DNA of 64,000 bases from an uncultured Gammaproteobacteria bacterium. GTDB lineage: Bacteria; Patescibacteriota; Microgenomatia; Woykebacterales; RBG-16-39-9b. A program made the translations under genes and the position numbers. Shown here in pieces: positions 58,076 to 64,000 of the stretch. The stretch spans positions 20,344-84,343 of the forward strand of contig CAZXPY010000003.1 of NCBI GenBank assembly GCA_964643435.1, given 5' to 3'. The stretch's first letter is position 1, and every line of letters begins with the position of its first letter. The notes below the pieces were generated by a model. It worked only from the letters and a program-made list of their open reading frames with translations, did not search any database and was not told the origin of the DNA.

Positions 58076-58963
58076 TTACTTATCTAAACTTTCCTCTAAA
58101 AAGCCAAAAACTTCTTTTCGATACAAATCTGGGTCACTTTTATAAGTTTCGATATGTTCGCCATTTGGAAAAACCACTAATTTACTATTTGGATTTGCTT
58201 TTTCTAACAACTTTTGACTATTGATAATCGGGATAGTTTCATCTTTTGCTGCGTGAAGAAAAAGAAACCGACGATTTCCTACAAGAACAATTTTATCAAT
58301 TGGCCTGATTTTCTTTAAATCAACATCGAAGAATATTTTGTTAAATAAAAATATAGTGGGGTGGAAAAAAGGAGGAACAAATTTTTCTTTCCAAAGCCGG
58401 TCAGAAATAATCGGGGCAAACTCTGAGGCCGGTGTGTCCAAAACTACTGCTCCCACTTTTTCTAGCTGATCAATTACCATTAATGTGGATATTGCACCGG
58501 CAGAGTTAGCAATAATGCCAATTTTTTCTGAAGAAAAGCCTTGATTTTCAGCAAACTTGATAGCTCCTAAAATATCCCCTCCTTCTGCGGATCCATACCC
58601 AATTCTTTTCCCTTCAGATTCACCATGAGCTCGGCTGTCATACAGCAATACATTGTAGTTTTTGGCAATTAATTCTTGAGCTATTAAAACAGTGTAATAA
58701 GGAGTGTCTACTCTGTTTCCAAGTAATCCAGAAACAAGGATAACAAGTTTATTTGAAGGAGAATTGAAAAGCCAACCTTTTAATTTAATACCATCGCTAG
58801 CTTCAAATTGAATATTTCGGTGGTTATTAGATATCAGTTCTGGCGAGATTTCTATATGTTTGACCATAGGTGAAGTCATTGCGTGGGCGACATAAAGAGA
58901 AACCCCGATATAAATTGTTAGTAAAACTGAAATAATAATAAGAATACGAAGTTTGGTTCTCAT
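58076..58963 (-). CDS. alpha/beta-hydrolase fold protein with an N-terminal membrane anchor
   Basis: GXSXG-like IANSAGA nucleophile elbow; transmembrane N-terminus. Confidence 0.55.
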   Translation of the reverse strand: MRTKLRILIIISVLLTIYIGVSLYVAHAMTSPMVKHIEISPELISNNHRNIQFEASDGIKLKGWLFNSPSNKLVILVSGLLGNRVDTPYYTVLIAQELIAKNYNVLLYDSRAHGESEGKRIGYGSAEGGDILGAIKFAENQGFSSEKIGIIANSAGAISTLMVIDQLEKVGAVVLDTPASEFAPIISDRLWKEKFVPPFFHPTIFLFNKIFFDVDLKKIRPIDKIVLVGNRRFLFLHAAKDETIPIINSQKLLEKANPNSKLVVFPNGEHIETYKSDPDLYRKEVFGFLEESLDK

Positions 58964-58999
58964 ACCAACAGTTTAATTATAACAAGAAGTAAACAGCGG

Positions 59000-59026
59000 T
59001 TAGTAAATTTTGAAGTTATCTGCTAA
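59000..59026 (+). promoter_or_regulatory. CIRCE-like inverted repeat TTAGTAAAT-N9-ATCTGCTAA upstream of dnaJ
   Basis: 27-nt element with a perfect TGCTAA right half, 15 nt upstream of the dnaJ ATG. Confidence 0.45.
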
Positions 59027-59041
59027 AATAAGCCCGATATT

Positions 59042-60139
59042 ATGGCTAGTAAATATGATTATTATGAGGTTTTAGGAGTTTCGAAAACTGCTTCTAGTGA
59101 TGAAATAAAAAAGGCTTATCGGAATTTGGCGCGGAAACATCATCCAGATGTTGATAAAAGTGCTGGCGCCGAAGGGCGTTTTAAAGAAATAAACGAAGCC
59201 TACCAAGTTTTAGCCGATTCCCAAAAACGGGAGGCTTATGATCGTTTTGGTCACGCCGCATTTGAACCCGGCGGTAGCCACGGCGCAGCCGGGGGCGGAT
59301 TTCGGGTGGAGTATGGACCTGGGGTAGAATTTGACTTTGATTTTGGTCCTTTCCGGGATCCATTTGATATTTTTGAAGAATTTTTTGGTTTTCGCTCTCC
59401 CTTTAAGCGGCAAGCCACTCGTGGTCCCAGAAAAGGGGAAAACCTACATTTTGAACTAACTCTTTCTTTTGAAGATGCTGCTTTTGGGGTTGAGAGAAGA
59501 ATCGAAATTCCACGAGCTGAAACATGCCAAGAGTGTGGTGGAAGTGGTGCCGAAAAAGGATCAAAAAAAATCACTTGCCCAACCTGTCAGGGTCAAGGAA
59601 GAGTATCTCGTTCCACCCAATCGATCTTTGGTGCCTTTATGACTAGCTCCACTTGTCCAAATTGTCAGGGGGAAGGAAGTACGTTTGAGAAAAAATGCCG
59701 TAGATGTAAGGGTTCTGGAAGAACCCAATCAATAAAAGAGACTACTATTAAGGTACCTTCTGGAGTTGATGATGGCGATACCATTAGGTTTCAAGGCCTT
59801 GGAGAAGCTGGTGAAAAAGGCGGGATTTATGGTGATCTTTACTTGAATGTAAGAGTTCTACCTCATAAATTTTTCAAAAGAGCTGGCTACGATATTTATT
59901 TGGAACAGCCGATCTCCTTTACCCAAGTTGCGCTGGGGGACGTGATCGAGGTTCCAACCCTAGATAGTAGGGTAAAACTGAAAATTCCTGAAGGGACGCA
60001 AACAAATACAGAATTTAGGCTGACTGGTAAGGGAATCAAACATGGGAATTCTCGTGGCGATCAATACGTTCGCGTCAATGTAGTTACTCCTAAACACCTC
60101 ACCCAAAAACAAAAAGAAGCTTTAAGAGAGTTAGAATAG
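59042..60139 (+). CDS. dnaJ: chaperone DnaJ
   Basis: J domain with HPD, a Gly/Phe-rich region and four CxxCxGxG zinc-finger repeats. Confidence 0.9.
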   Translation: MASKYDYYEVLGVSKTASSDEIKKAYRNLARKHHPDVDKSAGAEGRFKEINEAYQVLADSQKREAYDRFGHAAFEPGGSHGAAGGGFRVEYGPGVEFDFDFGPFRDPFDIFEEFFGFRSPFKRQATRGPRKGENLHFELTLSFEDAAFGVERRIEIPRAETCQECGGSGAEKGSKKITCPTCQGQGRVSRSTQSIFGAFMTSSTCPNCQGEGSTFEKKCRRCKGSGRTQSIKETTIKVPSGVDDGDTIRFQGLGEAGEKGGIYGDLYLNVRVLPHKFFKRAGYDIYLEQPISFTQVALGDVIEVPTLDSRVKLKIPEGTQTNTEFRLTGKGIKHGNSRGDQYVRVNVVTPKHLTQKQKEALRELE

Positions 60140-60251
60140 AGAATTTGTTCAAGGATTGACCTTATATTCCTTAAGTGCTAATATTTGCCTAGGATTTTAA
60201 ATAAGCGTTAAAGTGGGAATAAAATCCCACTTTTTTAATAGTAGGAGTAAT

Positions 60252-61331
60252 ATGGCATCAAGAACAGAATTTGCAGCTGCTTTGAATCAAGCCGCCTCCG
60301 AACGAGGCGTTGAACCAGAGGAAGTTTTAAATATTATTAAGGAAGCAATAAAAGCTGCTTATCGTAAAGATTTTGGCGGTGAAATCGAATCGTTGTCGGT
60401 TGAGTTAGACAATGAAACCGGTGAAGCGAAAGTTTACAAAGATGATAAGGATGTAACTCCAGTTGGGTTTGGGAGAATTGCAGCCCAAACTGCAAAACAA
60501 GTACTTCTGCAGCGTATTCGCGAAGCAGAAAAAGGAGCTATTATTTCCGAGTTTGAAAAAAAGATAGGAACCGTAATCAACGGGATGATTCAAAGAATTG
60601 AAGGACCAAATATTGTGGTAGATTTGGGTAAAACTGAAGGAATTTTACCTCAAGGAGAGCAGACTCCAAGCGAAAACTATAACCTAAATCAAAGAATGAA
60701 GTTTTTTATAGCCGCAATAAAGGAATCCCCTCGAGGCAATGAGATTATCGTCTCTCGTTCTAACAAAGGATTAGTAGAAGGTCTTTTTAAATTGGAAGTT
60801 CCCGAAGTTGGGTCTGGGATAGTCGAAATTAAAGCAATGGCAAGAGAATCTGGTGCTAGAACCAAAGTAGCCGTGGTTTCCAAACAAGCAGGTGTAGACC
60901 CAGTTGGTAGTTGTGTTGGTCAAAAAGGAGTTAGAGTACAGGCGGTAATTGCTGAGCTGGGAAATGAAAAAATTGATGTGATTTCTTACAGCGATGATCC
61001 CGCAAAATTCGTTGCGGCCAGTCTCTCACCAGCTAAGGTTGATAAGGTTAGGATTCAGGAAAGCACTAAGACAGCTTTAGTTGAAGTTCCTGAAGATCAG
61101 CTTTCTTTAGCGATAGGAAAAGATGGCCAAAACGTTCGTTTAGCGGCTAAATTGACAGGCTGGAGAATTGATATAAAAGGAGCCGAAGGTTTGGTGAAGG
61201 AAGAGACGGAAATTAAAGAAAAGAAAACTAAAAAACCGGTTAAAATTAAAAAAACGAAATCTAAAAAGAAGGTAAAAGATGGAGACTCAAACCCTAAAAA
61301 AGGAAGTAGAAGTAAAAAAACTAAATCCTAA
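60252..61331 (+). CDS. nusA: transcription termination/antitermination factor NusA
   Basis: N-terminal domain, S1 and KH domains; start placed at the ATG after AGGAG rather than the upstream ORF-track start. Confidence 0.8.
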   Translation: MASRTEFAAALNQAASERGVEPEEVLNIIKEAIKAAYRKDFGGEIESLSVELDNETGEAKVYKDDKDVTPVGFGRIAAQTAKQVLLQRIREAEKGAIISEFEKKIGTVINGMIQRIEGPNIVVDLGKTEGILPQGEQTPSENYNLNQRMKFFIAAIKESPRGNEIIVSRSNKGLVEGLFKLEVPEVGSGIVEIKAMARESGARTKVAVVSKQAGVDPVGSCVGQKGVRVQAVIAELGNEKIDVISYSDDPAKFVAASLSPAKVDKVRIQESTKTALVEVPEDQLSLAIGKDGQNVRLAAKLTGWRIDIKGAEGLVKEETEIKEKKTKKPVKIKKTKSKKKVKDGDSNPKKGSRSKKTKS

Positions 61332-62754
61332 ACCGCCAGTGATCACAATTTTAGGTCATGTTGATCATGGCAAAACTTCTGTTTTAGATGCAATAAAAGG
61401 CACAAAAATAGCTGAAAAAGAATACGGCGGAATTACTCAGCATACCAGGGCTTTTCAGGTAGAGTATAAAGGTAGGAAGTTGACGTTTATTGATACCCCA
61501 GGACATGAAGCCTTTAAAGAAATGCGTTCCCGAGGAGCGAAAATTGGAGACGTCGCTCTTTTAGTGGTTTCGGCAACTGATGGAGTAATGCCTCAAACAA
61601 AGGAATCCATTAACTATATTAAAGAATCAGAAATAAAAGCAGTGGTGGCGATTAACAAAATAGACTTACCAGAAGCAGATCCCAAAAGGGTAAAGGAACA
61701 GTTAACCAAAGAGGGAATAGCGGTTGAAGGTTATGGTGGAGATATTGTTTGCGCTGAAATTTCCGCAAAAACCGGCAAGGGAATCGAAGAATTATTAGAT
61801 TTATTACTTTTAGTTTATGATCTTGAGGAACAAAAAACAGATTTTGGAGAACCTACCGCCATCGTCCTAGAATCTTATTTAGACAAATCTCGTGGTCCGG
61901 TTGCTTTATTATTAATTCAAAAAGGAGTTTTGAAATTAGGAAACGATGTTTCAGTAGGTAGGGTAAGAGGAAGAATCCGCTCGTTAATAAGTAGCGATGG
62001 AAAAAACCTGAAAGAAGCGCCACAATCTACGCCAGTTGAAACAACCGGTCTTGAAGAGTTACCAGGGGTTGGTGAAACTTTAACTTTATTTAGAGAAGAT
62101 ACCACAGAGTTAGAAGAAGTAGAAAAAAGGTTGCCAAAATTGGCGTTCGGTGAAAACTTTCTTGATAAAAATGAACTTCGTTTAGTCCTTAAGAGTGATA
62201 CAATCGGTACTCTTGAAGCAATCGATAGCTTGGTTGTGAATTTAGGGGAAGGCCGAAAAATAAAGATTATAAATTCAGGGGTCGGCGATATATCCGAATC
62301 CGATGTTCTACTAGCCTCATCAACTAAATCAATTCTCTTAGGGTTTAACGTAAAAGTTTCAGAATCAGTAAAGAAACTAGCCGAAAATGAAAATGTTTAT
62401 TTAAAAATTTATCAATTAATCTACGAACTTATAGATGAATTAAGAGATGCAGTTAGTTTTGTGGAAGAAAAAGAAGTCGAAATATTAGGTAGAGCTTTGG
62501 TTTCTACTACCTTTGAAACAAAAGATGGTTTAATAGCTGGATGCCAAGTTAAATTAGGAACCATTTCTTTAGGCGATATTGGTTATGTTAGGCGCGGGGA
62601 AAAAATTATTGGTAAAGGTAAAATAGTCTCTTTAAAACAGAAAAAAACCTCAATTGAGGAATGTTCTAAGGGAGAGGAATGTGGATTATTTTTAGAGCCA
62701 AAAATCCAGTTTGCAACCGGTGATATAATAGAAACCCATGGATCCGAAAAATAG
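61279..62754 (+). CDS. infB: translation initiation factor IF-2 (short form lacking the long N-terminal region)
   Basis: ILGHVDHGKTS G1 motif and DTPGHEAF; follows nusA. Confidence 0.8.
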   Translation: METQTLKKEVEVKKLNPKPPVITILGHVDHGKTSVLDAIKGTKIAEKEYGGITQHTRAFQVEYKGRKLTFIDTPGHEAFKEMRSRGAKIGDVALLVVSATDGVMPQTKESINYIKESEIKAVVAINKIDLPEADPKRVKEQLTKEGIAVEGYGGDIVCAEISAKTGKGIEELLDLLLLVYDLEEQKTDFGEPTAIVLESYLDKSRGPVALLLIQKGVLKLGNDVSVGRVRGRIRSLISSDGKNLKEAPQSTPVETTGLEELPGVGETLTLFREDTTELEEVEKRLPKLAFGENFLDKNELRLVLKSDTIGTLEAIDSLVVNLGEGRKIKIINSGVGDISESDVLLASSTKSILLGFNVKVSESVKKLAENENVYLKIYQLIYELIDELRDAVSFVEEKEVEILGRALVSTTFETKDGLIAGCQVKLGTISLGDIGYVRRGEKIIGKGKIVSLKQKKTSIEECSKGEECGLFLEPKIQFATGDIIETHGSEK

Positions 62755-63664
62755 CCTAGAATCTAAAAAAATAATTGATAAAGCCCAAAAAATACTTCTA
62801 GTCACCAACCACCAACCCTCCATTGATAGTGTCTGTTCAATACTAGGGCTTTATGAAATTTTTAATAGTCTAGGTAAAGAAGTTGAGGCTTATTGTCCGG
62901 GGGAAGTAACAACGACAAGAGGCCTACCTAACTTTGAAAAAATTAAAAAAACCTTAAGTCCCCCCGATCTTATTATTTCTTTTGATTATATTAAAAATAA
63001 TGTTGATAAAATAAATTACAAAATCGAAGATAGTTATTTTAGTTTGATTTTAACTAGTAAAGTAGGAATAATAAATACTGAACAAATTAAGTACTCTTAT
63101 ACCGGTATCTTCGATATAATTATTTCAATAGGAGAGCCTAATATAGGTTTTTTGAGTAATAAAAATTATCAAGAACAACTTCTTTACTCATCTACGCCTA
63201 TTTTGAGCATAAGTAATCATCCAGAAACTCAAGAATTCGGTACCTTCACTATCGTTAATAAAAATGCTAGCACAAACACTGAATTAGTCGTGGGATTCTT
63301 AAAGGAGTTGGGGATTAAACTAAACACCAGAAGTGCTTACTGTTTTTTAGTCGGGTTGAAAGGTGGGAGTGAAGATTTCTCCAGAGCAAAAGCAGATACT
63401 TTTGAAGCAGCAAGTTGGTGCATGAGACTTATTGAAATTGAAAAGGAAAAAGTTTTGGCCGGTGAAGTAGATATACAGCCTCCCTTAGAGAAAAAGAGGG
63501 AAGAGCCTGAAATTGAGGCCCCTAATGACTTCAAAGGGCCCATTCCTAAAAATGAGGAGATGGGGGAAGAGGAATTATCAGAAAAGAAAAAAACAGCACC
63601 AGATAAATCTTGGTTTTTGCCTAAAATTTTTAAGAGTTCTGGTGGAAAAAGATCACATTCTTAA
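62738..63664 (+). CDS. NrnA-like DHH/DHHA1 family protein with degenerate catalytic motifs
   Basis: Layout alignable to NrnA, but the expected DHH motif reads SNH and the DxD motif is altered. Confidence 0.4.
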   Translation: MDPKNSLESKKIIDKAQKILLVTNHQPSIDSVCSILGLYEIFNSLGKEVEAYCPGEVTTTRGLPNFEKIKKTLSPPDLIISFDYIKNNVDKINYKIEDSYFSLILTSKVGIINTEQIKYSYTGIFDIIISIGEPNIGFLSNKNYQEQLLYSSTPILSISNHPETQEFGTFTIVNKNASTNTELVVGFLKELGIKLNTRSAYCFLVGLKGGSEDFSRAKADTFEAASWCMRLIEIEKEKVLAGEVDIQPPLEKKREEPEIEAPNDFKGPIPKNEEMGEEELSEKKKTAPDKSWFLPKIFKSSGGKRSHS

Positions 63665-63707
63665 GATTTGATTAAACAAAGCCTACTCTGCTATACTTTA
63701 AGCAGTT

Positions 63708-63977
63708 ATGGCGCTGCAAAAGGAAGAAAAGCAGAAAATACTTAAAGATTTTGCCCAACACGAGGGTGATACCGGTTCTCCAGAAGTTCAAACTGCATTG
63801 TTAAGCGAAAGAATAAAGAAATTAACAGAGCACTTAAAGCTTCACAAACAAGATACGCATTCGAGAAGGGGATTATTACAAATGGTAAACAAGAGGAGAA
63901 GGATATTGCTTTATTTAACAAAAAAAGACCCTGATCGTTATAAGTCAATTGTTGAAAAATTGGGATTAAGTAAATAA
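63708..63977 (+). CDS. rpsO: 30S ribosomal protein S15
   Basis: 89-aa S15 with [19 protein letters not shown]. Confidence 0.9.
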   Translation: MALQKEEKQKILKDFAQHEGDTGSPEVQTALLSERIKKLTEHLKLHKQDTHSRRGLLQMVNKRRRILLYLTKKDPDRYKSIVEKLGLSK

Positions 63978-64000
63978 ACACAACAATTGCCTTGCGCTTC

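Overview
The window reads as an AT-rich, compact bacterial genome of Candidate Phyla Radiation (Patescibacteria) style: small housekeeping genes, a FemAB pair, a pilN/pilO cluster, a short IF2 and ValRS, and little metabolism. It spans the replication-origin region. recF-dnaN-dnaA run on the minus strand and diverge from rpmH-rnpA-yidD-yidC-jag-rnhA on the plus strand; rpmH (44 aa, 5994..6128) is absent from the ORF track and was found by eye. The rest is ordinary core content: valS, tsaD, metG, galU, groES/groEL, the hrcA-grpE-dnaK and dnaJ units, nusA-infB, rpsO, rpsT, lepA, murJ, trxA-pgk-tpiA, an LCP protein, rmuC, an AddA-like helicase-nuclease, pcrA/uvrD, a glycosyltransferase/UbiA envelope cluster, and a tRNA-Cys(GCA).

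Against that background several short GC-rich segments stand out, judged by eye: roughly 60% GC in the 38.1 kb stretch checked by hand against roughly 30-35% in the flanks. Each is driven by a near-consensus sigma70 promoter (TTGACA-17-TATAAT) and closed by an intrinsic terminator.
- 13587..14066, plus strand: a non-coding locus of about 440 nt, convergent with an NYN nuclease gene.
- 22600..22957, plus strand: a non-coding locus of about 320 nt, convergent with a promoter-driven two-gene module of unknown function at 23003..23895 (minus strand).
- 37048..39786: a four-gene island of about 2.7 kb made of monocistronic promoter-gene-terminator cassettes. Three of its proteins are unrecognisable; the fourth is an NYN nuclease with a predicted C-terminal OST-HTH/LOTUS-like domain. 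All four use GGAGG Shine-Dalgarno sites and TTG/GTG starts.
- 54186..54499, plus strand: a non-coding locus of about 270 nt between lepA and hrcA.

The 37-39.8 kb island is the best candidate for an undescribed system, and it shares leader and terminator-tail motifs with the 13.6 kb locus. I could not assign any of the non-coding loci to RNase P RNA, tmRNA, 6S or SRP RNA by eye; that needs covariance-model searches.

Three CIRCE-variant operators of 27-28 nt (TTAGCAG...TGCTA[A/G]) lie upstream of groES, hrcA and dnaJ. The M23 peptidase gene has a structured leader with a terminator-like hairpin and a second hairpin that sequesters the Shine-Dalgarno site. A 19-nt duplicate of the tRNA-Cys 3' end sits 18 nt beyond the tRNA. 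No CRISPR array, transposase or integrase was seen.
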